Shown here piece after piece: positions 16,988 through 24,000 of a stretch of 24,000 nt of DNA. The position numbers and the translations under genes were made by a program. Origin of the DNA: Ulvibacterium marinum (lineage in GTDB: Bacteria > Bacteroidota > Bacteroidia > Flavobacteriales > Flavobacteriaceae); contig NZ_RBCJ01000003.1 in assembly GCF_003626755.1 (NCBI RefSeq), positions 167,859-191,858 on the forward strand, written 5' to 3'. The notes under the pieces were generated by a model that ran no database searches, had not been told where the DNA came from, and saw only the letters and a program-made list of their open reading frames with translations. Within the stretch, counting starts at the first letter, position 1, and each line of letters begins with the position of its first letter.

Positions 16988-17542
16988 ATGATCTTCGATT
17001 TGATAAAAAAGAGACGTTCGGTATTTCCGGTTCAATATAATTCCAGCCCAATTGCCAAAGCTGATATCGAAAAAGTACTGGAGGTCGCCAACTGGGCCCC
17101 GACCCATAGAAAGACGGAGCCCTGGCGATTTAAGGTCTTACTTGGAGAAGCCAAGGAAAGGTTAGGACAGTTCCTCTCCAAAAAATATCAGGAGACTGAG
17201 ACACGCCCCAAACAGATTAAAATCAAAAAGCTTTTGGAGAACCCTAGAAGGGCAGGGGCAATAATTGCTATCTGCATGCAACGGGACGCAAAGGAAAGTT
17301 TACCGGAATGGGAGGAAATAGCAGCTACGGCCATGGCCGTACAGAATATGTGGTTATGTTGTGTCGAAATGGGGATTGGTTGCTATTGGAGCTCCCCGGG
17401 ACTAATACAATATATGGGAGACTTTTTGGATTTGAACGAAGGGGAAAAGTGTTTGGGCTTTTTTTATATGGGGCATTATGATGAAGAAATTCCCGAACAG
17501 TCCAGGACACCTGTAGCTGAAAAAACGGTTTGGCTCGAATAA
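16988..17542 (+). CDS. nitroreductase family protein
   Basis: 184-aa ORF. KKRRSVFPVQY and NWAPTHRKTEPWRF are typical of FMN nitroreductase-fold proteins. Confidence 0.75.
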   Translation: MIFDLIKKRRSVFPVQYNSSPIAKADIEKVLEVANWAPTHRKTEPWRFKVLLGEAKERLGQFLSKKYQETETRPKQIKIKKLLENPRRAGAIIAICMQRDAKESLPEWEEIAATAMAVQNMWLCCVEMGIGCYWSSPGLIQYMGDFLDLNEGEKCLGFFYMGHYDEEIPEQSRTPVAEKTVWLE

Positions 17543-17560
17543 TAAATTCCAGATTTAGAC

Positions 17561-18880
17561 CTATTCCATTGTATAGTTGAAAACGCTACCGGCTTGTTTT
17601 AAGACCATGGTCTTTTCATTGGGGGTAAATTCCAATCGTACTCCGGCCTGCGCAAACTCGAATACATCCTTTTCCACGGCTTCCATAGGAAAGGAAGGTT
17701 GTCCCGTAGCTTGGCCAAAAAGAGTATCCCCTTCCTTGGTTATTGTAATTTTTAACGGCATTTGTTCACTGGCATAGACCCCAAGATATTTATCCAAATC
17801 TTTTGAATGTACTTTGATGGTCTTAAAAGTGGGAATCTCAAAAGGATTTCCATAATACGCGCTCAATACGGCAATGATGATATTATTATTGGCATAGCGA
17901 TTGCCATTGGAGGTCAGGGCTATCGAGACCTTATCCTCAGGCATATACCCCAGGACGGAGGTAAACCCATCTATTCCGCCATTGTGGCCATATCCACTTT
18001 TGTTGTAGAAGGGTACCGGAAAAATACCCATGCCATAACCATCAGAAATGGTTTTCATCTGGTAGAGGCTTTCCATGGAAATCAACGTCCCCGTAAAAAG
18101 GGCGTGTATGAAGGTGTTTAAATCGGTTGGTGTAGAAACCATAGCACCCGCCCCTAAGGGGATGGACATATGGGTCTCATCCTTTTTTTTCCAATCTTTT
18201 TCATAGGTGTAGGAATGGGCCTCATTATGGTCTAAATTAATGGGACCTCCTACATAGGTGTTTTTTAGGTCTAGGGGTCCGGTAACCTTTTCGGATATGA
18301 GTTCTGAATAGGTCTTTTTGAAGGCATCTTCTAGAATAAACGTCAACAGCACATAGTTGGAGTTACTATATTGAGCCTTACTATCAGGATCAAAGACACT
18401 TCCGCCATCTCGGATGATTTCAAGGAGCTCGGCCCTTGTTTTGGGTTCGGTATCCCAATCTTGGTAATCGGGACGGCTTGTAAAACTATGGATACCACTT
18501 CTGTGGTTTAACAGATTGGCAATGGAGATTTGATCGCTATTTTCGATTTCTGGGAAATAGGCATCGATGGTTTGGTCGAGTTTTAGTTTGCCGGTTTCTA
18601 CAGCCTTAAAAATAAGTACCGAGGTAAACATTTTGGTTATGGACCCCACCCTGTATTTAGTGCCTACGGTAGGTTTTAGGCTGTTTTTTACATCCCTATG
18701 TCCAATCGCCTTGGCGTATATCGTTCGACCTTTATGGGAAAGGGCCAAACTTCCCATAAAACGGTCATTGATTTCCAAGGTGTTAAAAAGACTGTCCAGT
18801 TTAGCAGCATCGATCTGCTGTGAAACCCCGGACAGAGAGATAAGGCCGGTTAACAAAAAGGTCAGGAAGTTTTTTTGCAT
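17561..18880 (-). CDS. secreted beta-lactamase-fold serine hydrolase (PBP/esterase-like) with extra C-terminal beta domain
   Basis: 439-aa ORF with a signal peptide (FLLTGLISLSGVSQQ). It has SxxK (SITK), Y-x-N (YSN), and HNG in place of KTG (GYGHNGGIDGF). About 90 C-terminal residues form an additional domain. Confidence 0.8.
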   Translation of the reverse strand: MQKNFLTFLLTGLISLSGVSQQIDAAKLDSLFNTLEINDRFMGSLALSHKGRTIYAKAIGHRDVKNSLKPTVGTKYRVGSITKMFTSVLIFKAVETGKLKLDQTIDAYFPEIENSDQISIANLLNHRSGIHSFTSRPDYQDWDTEPKTRAELLEIIRDGGSVFDPDSKAQYSNSNYVLLTFILEDAFKKTYSELISEKVTGPLDLKNTYVGGPINLDHNEAHSYTYEKDWKKKDETHMSIPLGAGAMVSTPTDLNTFIHALFTGTLISMESLYQMKTISDGYGMGIFPVPFYNKSGYGHNGGIDGFTSVLGYMPEDKVSIALTSNGNRYANNNIIIAVLSAYYGNPFEIPTFKTIKVHSKDLDKYLGVYASEQMPLKITITKEGDTLFGQATGQPSFPMEAVEKDVFEFAQAGVRLEFTPNEKTMVLKQAGSVFNYTME

Positions 18881-18897
18881 ATCAGAGGTTTAAGAAA

Positions 18898-19413
18898 CTA
18901 TTCAAAAAAAGGAAATAGGGCCGCTTTATGTGCCCAGGCCACTGAAACAAACATTCCCAAAAATATCACTGTGACCAAAAATTTTAGGAAAGTGCCCGTC
19001 AAGAATCCTAGAAAGGAACCAAAAGCGGCCTTCATTGCCGTCTTTCTGTCCGCTTTGTTAACGATTTCACCCACAAGGGCACCCACAAACGGCCAAATAA
19101 TAATTCCGAATATACCCAATATAGGGAATACCAAGGCTACCAACAATCCAATGGTAGTTCCTATCATTCCGGCCCTGCTTCCGCCAAATTTCCTGGTCCC
19201 CATTGCTGGGATTATGTAATCTAATGCAACGACAATAATTGCAACTCCGAGGGTGATGCCCAATAACCACCAATCTTGTGGAACGGCCTTCGTTAGATAT
19301 AGCAATAATAGGCCTACCCAACTTATAGGAGGCCCAGGAAGTACGGGCAAAAAACTTCCCAGAATGCCAATGAGCATTAAAATAAATCCTAGGACCAGTA
19401 ATACAATATCCAT
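18898..19413 (-). CDS. DUF456-type polytopic membrane protein
   Basis: The ORF is hydrophobic throughout and has the GSFLPVLPGPPISW motif. I prefer ATG 19413 (MDIVLLVLGF...) over the track start at 19485. It ends 17 nt upstream of the hydrolase gene, so the two are probably an operon. Confidence 0.65.
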   Translation of the reverse strand: MDIVLLVLGFILMLIGILGSFLPVLPGPPISWVGLLLLYLTKAVPQDWWLLGITLGVAIIVVALDYIIPAMGTRKFGGSRAGMIGTTIGLLVALVFPILGIFGIIIWPFVGALVGEIVNKADRKTAMKAAFGSFLGFLTGTFLKFLVTVIFLGMFVSVAWAHKAALFPFFE

Positions 19414-19494
19414 TTTTTCCTTTTCTGTTGGACTAAGATACACGCATTTTGTTACAGAAAATATACACGGCACTGTGATATCCATAAATTTTTT

Positions 19495-19510
19495 AACTAA
19501 ATAATTAGTT
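19495..19510. promoter_or_regulatory. operator-like dyad 1: AACTAA-ATAA-TTAGTT
   Basis: Perfect 6-bp inverted arms with a 4-nt spacer, read directly. It is the dyad nearest the DUF456/hydrolase side. Confidence 0.6.
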
Positions 19511-19512
19511 TT

Positions 19513-19528
19513 AACTAAAGATTTAGTT
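19513..19528. promoter_or_regulatory. operator-like dyad 2: AACTAA-AGAT-TTAGTT
   Basis: Same arms as dyad 1, with centres 18 bp apart. It abuts the blaI -7 box. Confidence 0.6.
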
Positions 19529-19535
19529 ATATTTG
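19528..19535 (+). promoter_or_regulatory. -7 promoter motif (TATATTTG) for the blaI-like operon
   Basis: Exact TAnnTTTG match 29 nt upstream of ATG 19565, flanked by dyads 2 and 3. Confidence 0.45.
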
Positions 19536-19546
19536 AATATTATTTG

Positions 19547-19562
19547 AACTAAAAACTTAGTT
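19547..19562. promoter_or_regulatory. operator-like dyad 3: AACTAA-AAAC-TTAGTT
   Basis: Same arms as dyads 1 and 2. It ends 2 nt before the blaI-like ATG, in the predicted initial transcribed region. Confidence 0.6.
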
Positions 19563-19564
19563 AA

Positions 19565-19927
19565 ATGAAGCAATTGACCAAAGCGGAAGAAGAGGTAATG
19601 CAAATTCTCTGGAAGCTGGAAAAATGTAATGTGGCGGCCATTATAGATGAAGTCCCTGAACCCAAACCCGCCTATAATACGGTTTCTACCATTGTACGGA
19701 TTTTGGAGAGTAAAGGATTTGTAGACCATGAGAAAGAGGGAAAAGGATACTTGTATTTTCCACTGATTAAGAAATCGGATTATAGCAATCAGTCCATAAA
19801 CAAATTAGTGGACGGTTATTTTCAGGGATCTTTTAAGAGCATGGTGTCCTTCTTTATGAAAAAGAACGATATGAGTCTTTCAGAATTGGAATCCATTTTA
19901 AAAGAAATCAAAAAAGACGAAAAATGA
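19565..19927 (+). CDS. BlaI/MecI/CopY family winged-helix repressor
   Basis: 120-aa ORF. LTKAEEEVMQILW...YNTVSTIVRILESKGFV is typical of this family. Its stop overlaps the next gene's start (ATGA). Confidence 0.85.
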   Translation: MKQLTKAEEEVMQILWKLEKCNVAAIIDEVPEPKPAYNTVSTIVRILESKGFVDHEKEGKGYLYFPLIKKSDYSNQSINKLVDGYFQGSFKSMVSFFMKKNDMSLSELESILKEIKKDEK

Positions 19928-21897
19928 TACAGTATGTCCTAGAATGTATTGCCTTTCAGTTGGTGTTTTTGGCCATATATGATTTTTGGCTAAAACGTGA
20001 AACCTTTTTTCAATGGAACAGAGTCTATCTTATAGGCACGTATCTGCTTTCGATGATATTGCCCTGGGTGAAAATAGAAGCTTTTAGAACCGAAGTGCCT
20101 ACAGCTTTTCAAGGATATCCGGAATTTCTTTGGAATTTGAACAATGCCACAATAACGGTCACAGGGGATAAAGGGTCTACCTTTGCCCTGTCTTGGGAGC
20201 TAGTCCTGTTGTTTAGCGGTATGATTTTGACCACCGTTTTTTTTGCGTACAAGCTATTCCAGATCCGCAAACTAAAACGGCTAGGGGAAGTACACTATTT
20301 CAATGAGTTTACCCGGGTAATCCTTCCCAACAGCACAGCTGCCTTTTCCTTTCTCAGAGCCATTTTTTTAGGCGATAAGGTAGTCGAAAGAGAACACGAT
20401 ACCATCATTAAGCATGAACTGGTCCATATTCGGCAAAGACACTCATACGACCTCATATTCTTTGAATTGATGCGCATCTTGGGTTGGTTTAATCCGTTGG
20501 TCTATGTTTATCAAAATCGGATTTCGGAATTGCATGAATTCATTGCGGATGCCCATACGGCCAAAACCCATAAAAAGGAGCAAGTCCAACTTTTGTTGTC
20601 CCAAGTGTTCCAGACACGGAATATCTCCTTCATCAATCAATTTTTTAAAAAATCATTAATTAAAAAACGGATAGTCATGTTACAAAAATCAAAATCAAGT
20701 ACACTTTGGAAGTTAAAATATATGGCCTTGATACCTATGGTTATGGGTATGTTGTTGTATTCTTCCTGTGAGAACGAGGGTAATTCCCAGGATTCCATAG
20801 AAAATGAAAATGGGATTATTACGGTAGGAGACGTTGAAAATTTGACACAGGAGGAGGAGAATTATGTTTATGCACAGTTGAAATCACTCTCCGAAAAAGA
20901 CGGAGACTGGGAACTACAAGTACGGGATACGGAAACTGTACTGGATTTTGTAAGCACGGACAAAGATGTATTTGTCACGGGACTTCATAATGAGCCCATT
21001 CGAGCACAGATGACCATTGACTTTAAGGATTCACAAAGGTTTTATAAAAATTTTATGGGATCGGTTGGAGAGGGTTCCAGTTGGAAGGAAACGTATAAAA
21101 CAAACAATATGGTTCCTTTCGCCTTTGCAGGGGAATCACCAATTTTTCCGGGATGCGAGGACGATTCCGATCAGCGGGCCTGTTTCAACAAAATGATGCA
21201 AAAACACATCAGTAAGAATTTTCGATATCCTCAAGAAGCCCAACAGCTTGGAATCCAAGGGAGGGTCAATGTTATATTTACCATTGATGAGGCCGGGAAC
21301 ATTACTGATATTCGAAAACGTGGGCCCCACCAATTATTGGAGGATGAGGTTGTACGGATTATTGAAAAATTACCCCAAATGAAGCCTGGTAAGTATGAAG
21401 GTAAAGCGGTAAAAGTACCATTTTCCATTCCCATTACCTTTAGTTTAGGACAGGCTAGTTTTAGTCCCGCCTCCCAGGATCCGGATTATGTAAGACTACA
21501 GCAAGAACAGTTGAAGGAATTATCGGAAGAAATTCAATTACAATACCGGGATGCATTTCCATTCGCAATAGTGGAGAAAGCACCAATTTTTCCGGGTTGT
21601 GAAGATGCCTCTGACCCTAAAGCCTGTTTTCAGCAAAAAATCCAGAGGCATATAGCTAAACATTTTAGGTATCCGCAGGAAGCACAAAAGAAAGGAATAC
21701 AGGGAAGGGTAAATATTATGTTTTTAATAGATGCCGAAGGGAATATTACGAATATTGCCAAAAGAGGTCCTGACAAGACATTGGAAGACGAGGCTGTACG
21801 GATTATTTCGCGATTGCCCAAGATGAAACCGGGAAGTCAAGATGGTAAAAATGTCAGTGTTCCATTTTCAATTCCTATCACCTTTAAACTAAAATAA
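19924..21897 (+). CDS. BlaR1-like M56 membrane metalloprotease fused to two tandem TonB-C-like domains
   Basis: 657-aa ORF with N-terminal TM helices, HExxH in KHELVHIRQRHSYD, and a further TM (YMALIPMVMGMLLY). Two 103-aa domains follow, each starting PIFPGCED and ending VPFSIPITF. No penicillin-binding SxxK sensor domain is present. Confidence 0.8.
   Translation: MIQYVLECIAFQLVFLAIYDFWLKRETFFQWNRVYLIGTYLLSMILPWVKIEAFRTEVPTAFQGYPEFLWNLNNATITVTGDKGSTFALSWELVLLFSGMILTTVFFAYKLFQIRKLKRLGEVHYFNEFTRVILPNSTAAFSFLRAIFLGDKVVEREHDTIIKHELVHIRQRHSYDLIFFELMRILGWFNPLVYVYQNRISELHEFIADAHTAKTHKKEQVQLLLSQVFQTRNISFINQFFKKSLIKKRIVMLQKSKSSTLWKLKYMALIPMVMGMLLYSSCENEGNSQDSIENENGIITVGDVENLTQEEENYVYAQLKSLSEKDGDWELQVRDTETVLDFVSTDKDVFVTGLHNEPIRAQMTIDFKDSQRFYKNFMGSVGEGSSWKETYKTNNMVPFAFAGESPIFPGCEDDSDQRACFNKMMQKHISKNFRYPQEAQQLGIQGRVNVIFTIDEAGNITDIRKRGPHQLLEDEVVRIIEKLPQMKPGKYEGKAVKVPFSIPITFSLGQASFSPASQDPDYVRLQQEQLKELSEEIQLQYRDAFPFAIVEKAPIFPGCEDASDPKACFQQKIQRHIAKHFRYPQEAQKKGIQGRVNIMFLIDAEGNITNIAKRGPDKTLEDEAVRIISRLPKMKPGSQDGKNVSVPFSIPITFKLK
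21139..21891 (+). repeat. intragenic tandem domain duplication (copy 1 at 21139..21447, copy 2 at 21583..21891)
   Basis: Hand alignment gives 71/103 identical residues, and the nucleotide similarity is clearly recognisable. The copies are separated by a 45-aa Q/E-rich linker. Confidence 0.85.
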
Positions 21898-21903
21898 TAC
21901 AAA

Positions 21904-23040
21904 GTGAGAATAATCTTCTTGGCTTTTTTGTTGTTTGTGGTCAAGGCCGGAGCCCAATCTTCGGCCTCGTCCATTGCTGATAGTTTGTTCGCCACAGGTC
22001 ACTATACCAAGGCCATTAATTATTATGCACGAACCGCAAGTGCAAATTCTAGCCTGCAGATTGCTAGGGCCTATACGGCAATTGGCAATTTTGAAAAAGC
22101 GGTAGCGCAATATAAAAGTGTTGTAAAACTTCATCCGTCTTTACAGATTGCTTCCTTTGAATTGGGAAAGTTGCTAGTAAAGACCAAGGATTACGATGAA
22201 GCTAGAAAACTCTTTTCCAAGTTGGTGGGTATCGGAAAGGATAACCCGGAATATTATTATTATTTAGGGGAGGTCTATCGAGAGTTGGGACAACCTGCCA
22301 GTAGTATTGTAGCTTACAAAAAGGCCATCAATAGAGATAGCACACACTTACGAAGTTTGTTCCAGTTGGGTAAGTATTTCGTTATGAAACAGCTAAAAAA
22401 TCAAGCGTTACCTTATATTGAAAAGGGATTGGAATTCTATCCTAATGATGTGGCCTTGATCAACTTAAAGGCATTGGCTTTTTTCAATAATGATGAATAC
22501 GACAAAGCCATGCCCCTGTTTGAACGTTTGGTGGAGTTAGGCGAACGAAAAGAATACATTTACACTAAACTGGCTTATTGCCAATTTAAAAGTTGGGAGC
22601 TGGAAAAGGCCAAAAAGAGCTACAAAGTTTTGCTGGATATTGATGATGCCAATGCAGACGCCTATTTTCATCTCGGCCACGTATTTTGGAAAGACCAAAA
22701 ACTAGATAGTGCCCGGTTCTATTTCAATAGATCCACAGAGGTGCAAAAACCTGTTTTATGGAGGGAGTATGAAAGCTTGGCCCGTTTGGCCAGGGTAGAG
22801 GAAAATTTGAAAGGAGCACTCAAATACTACCAAATGGCCCATACAGAAGACCCCTTAAACCCTATGACCTACTATAATGTTTGTACCTTGACCGACCAAA
22901 TTTATGAAGACCCCAAAACCAGCTTGGAATACTATGAAACATACATGGAAAAATTTGGAACTATGCGACCCTATGTCACCGATTTTGTCACCAAACGAAT
23001 CCGCCAATTAAAGGAGGAAATCCATTTTACCTCCGATTAG
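21904..23040 (+). CDS. secreted tetratricopeptide-repeat protein
   Basis: 378-aa ORF with a GTG start 6 nt after the blaR1-like stop and a signal peptide (IFLAFLLFVVKAGAQ). It has multiple TPR-like units, for example YYYLGEVYRELGQPASSIVAYKKAINRDS. Confidence 0.75.
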   Translation: MRIIFLAFLLFVVKAGAQSSASSIADSLFATGHYTKAINYYARTASANSSLQIARAYTAIGNFEKAVAQYKSVVKLHPSLQIASFELGKLLVKTKDYDEARKLFSKLVGIGKDNPEYYYYLGEVYRELGQPASSIVAYKKAINRDSTHLRSLFQLGKYFVMKQLKNQALPYIEKGLEFYPNDVALINLKALAFFNNDEYDKAMPLFERLVELGERKEYIYTKLAYCQFKSWELEKAKKSYKVLLDIDDANADAYFHLGHVFWKDQKLDSARFYFNRSTEVQKPVLWREYESLARLARVEENLKGALKYYQMAHTEDPLNPMTYYNVCTLTDQIYEDPKTSLEYYETYMEKFGTMRPYVTDFVTKRIRQLKEEIHFTSD

Positions 23041-23082
23041 ATTGTGTAAAAAATCGTAATTTCCACCCAAGAATTGGAGGGT

Positions 23083-23559
23083 ATGCGACACTTTTGGATG
23101 CTGTTGGTTTTTTGTGGTCTGGCTTCCTGCAATCTGTGGGTCTCCAAAGACAAGAAGACCCAGGAAATGGTGGACCAGGAAATACAAGCCATTGATTGGA
23201 ACAATGTGGACAACTACCCCTTATTTGAGAACTGTGACGAGACTGCATCCAAAATAGGGCAAAGGGAGTGTTTTGAACAGGAGCTCTTGTCCCATTTTTC
23301 GGCTACCCTAACAGAATTCGAATTTATATTAGGTTCAGAAATCGACTCTACCATTACTGTTGATTTTTTGGTGGATAAGGAAGGAAAAATAACCATCCTG
23401 GAGATTGTAAAGGATAATGAAATCGATGGACAAATGCCAGAATTTGAAGGTATTGTTCGTCAAAGCCTTAAGAACATGCCTCCTTTGGCTCCGGCCCTAA
23501 AGAGGGGTATTCCGGTCTCAGCAAAATTCCGGTTGCCCATACGCTTACGCAGTAATTAG
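23083..23559 (+). CDS. lipoprotein with a single TonB-C-like domain (paralog of the BlaR1-like C-terminal domains)
   Basis: I prefer ATG 23083 (MRHFWMLLVFCGLASC, a lipobox) over TTG 23074. YPLFENCDE...ECFEQ...VDFLVDKEGKI...GIPVSAKFRLPIRL parallels PIFPGCED...ACF...FTIDEAGNI...VPFSIPITF. Confidence 0.7.
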   Translation: MRHFWMLLVFCGLASCNLWVSKDKKTQEMVDQEIQAIDWNNVDNYPLFENCDETASKIGQRECFEQELLSHFSATLTEFEFILGSEIDSTITVDFLVDKEGKITILEIVKDNEIDGQMPEFEGIVRQSLKNMPPLAPALKRGIPVSAKFRLPIRLRSN

Positions 23560-23563
23560 ATTT

Positions 23564-23571
23564 TATATTTG
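23564..23571 (+). promoter_or_regulatory. -7 promoter motif (TATATTTG) upstream of ruvC
   Basis: Exact TAnnTTTG match 89 nt upstream of the ruvC TTG start. The heptamer array lies in between. Confidence 0.4.
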
Positions 23572-23618
23572 AGCCAAAAATCATGCAAAATATTCAATAT
23601 CAATTTATTGGATGTAAT

Positions 23619-23660
23619 TTAAACCATAAACCATAAACCATAAACCATAAACCATAAGAC
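23619..23660 (+). repeat. heptanucleotide tandem array (TAAACCA)x5 plus one degenerate unit (TAAGACC)
   Basis: Counted directly: 5 perfect units at 23619..23653, then TAAGACC at 23654..23660. It ends at the base before the ruvC TTG start. Confidence 0.95.
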
Positions 23661-24000
23661 CTTGGCCCACGAAAAAATCATACTTGGCATTGACCCCGGA
23701 ACGACTATCATGGGTTTTGGGATTATCAAAATTGTGGACAAAAAAATGCAGTTCATCCAGATGAATGAACTCCAGCTTAAAAAGTATACCGACCCCTATA
23801 CCAAGCTCAAGCTTATTTTTGAACGAACCTTACAGTTGATAGATACCTATCATCCTGATGAGATTGCCATTGAGGCACCATTTTATAGCAAAAATGTACA
23901 AAGTATGCTAAAATTGGGTCGTGCTCAAGGTGTGGCCATGGCGGCCGGACTTTCACGACAAATACCTATCACGGAATACCTTCCCAAAAAAATAAAGATG
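23661..24000 (+). CDS. ruvC: crossover junction endodeoxyribonuclease RuvC, 5' part, with an apparent +1 frame break at the A-run 23699..23701
   Basis: Frame 1 from TTG 23661 reads (M)AHEKIILGIDPG and then hits a stop at 23766..23768. The frame starting at 23701 reads TTIMGFGIIKIVDKKMQFIQMNELQL...DEIAIEAPFYSKNVQSMLKLGRAQGVAMAAG and is open to the window end. Together the two pieces give a canonical RuvC. Confidence 0.75.

Noticed and set aside
19414-19485. ATG 19485 as the DUF456 start (24-aa extension MDITVPCIFSVTKCVYLSPTEKEK)
   Set aside because: The extension is not hydrophobic or family-like, and it would cover a -7-like TATATTTT (19465..19458). ATG 19413 begins directly with the first TM helix. 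I note, however, that ATG 19485 lies 9 nt from dyad 1, so it remains possible.
1-24000. Searched by eye for a mobile element, prophage, toxin-antitoxin pair, restriction-modification or other defence island
   Set aside because: Every ORF over 60 aa is accounted for by a housekeeping, respiratory, catabolic or envelope-signalling gene. I found no integrase or transposase, no long terminal inverted repeats, no flanking tRNA and no obvious compositional break.

Overview
The window looks like a core-chromosome segment of a Bacteroidota, probably Flavobacteriaceae, genome. This rests on a fused CcoN-O oxidase subunit, repeated TAnnTTTG -7-type promoter motifs, and an M56 peptidase fused to TonB-C-like domains. 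It is moderately AT-rich by eye.

Gene content, left to right:
- 1..9477: a microaerobic respiration module. It holds ccoP (partial), ccoQ-like, ccoNO, ccoS, the Cu-ATPase ccoI, a Crp/Fnr regulator, a tandem Usp, a 75-aa membrane protein and NDH-2.
- 9842..16924: aromatic and histidine catabolism. hmgA is convergent with a hutH-hutI-hutU-hutG operon.
- 16988..24000: a nitroreductase, then a DUF456 protein plus a beta-lactamase-fold serine hydrolase. These are divergent from a blaI / blaR1-like(M56)-TonB_C x2 / TPR / TonB_C-lipoprotein operon. The 5' part of ruvC follows.

I found no rRNA, tRNA, CRISPR array, transposase, integrase or recognisable defence genes. This is not an obvious accessory island.

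Observations most worth follow-up:
1. A BlaI/BlaR1-type switch whose sensor is two TonB-C-like domains. Three AACTAA-N4-TTAGTT dyads sit in the divergent promoter region facing a PBP-like hydrolase operon.
2. Three oriented CTGAyAwwTATCAT (FNR-type) boxes. Each lies exactly 23 nt upstream of a -7-like motif, in front of ccoS, ccoI and usp.
3. A (GGUAAGU)x7 array inside the hut operon. Its AAG-N4 periodicity matches the kind of site bound by HutP-type RNA-binding proteins.
4. ruvC is preceded by a (TAAACCA)x5 array and starts at TTG. Its N-terminus is split over two frames by one extra A.
5. A possible about 70-nt sRNA between ndh and hmgA.

All functional links are inferences from sequence reading. 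No searches were run.
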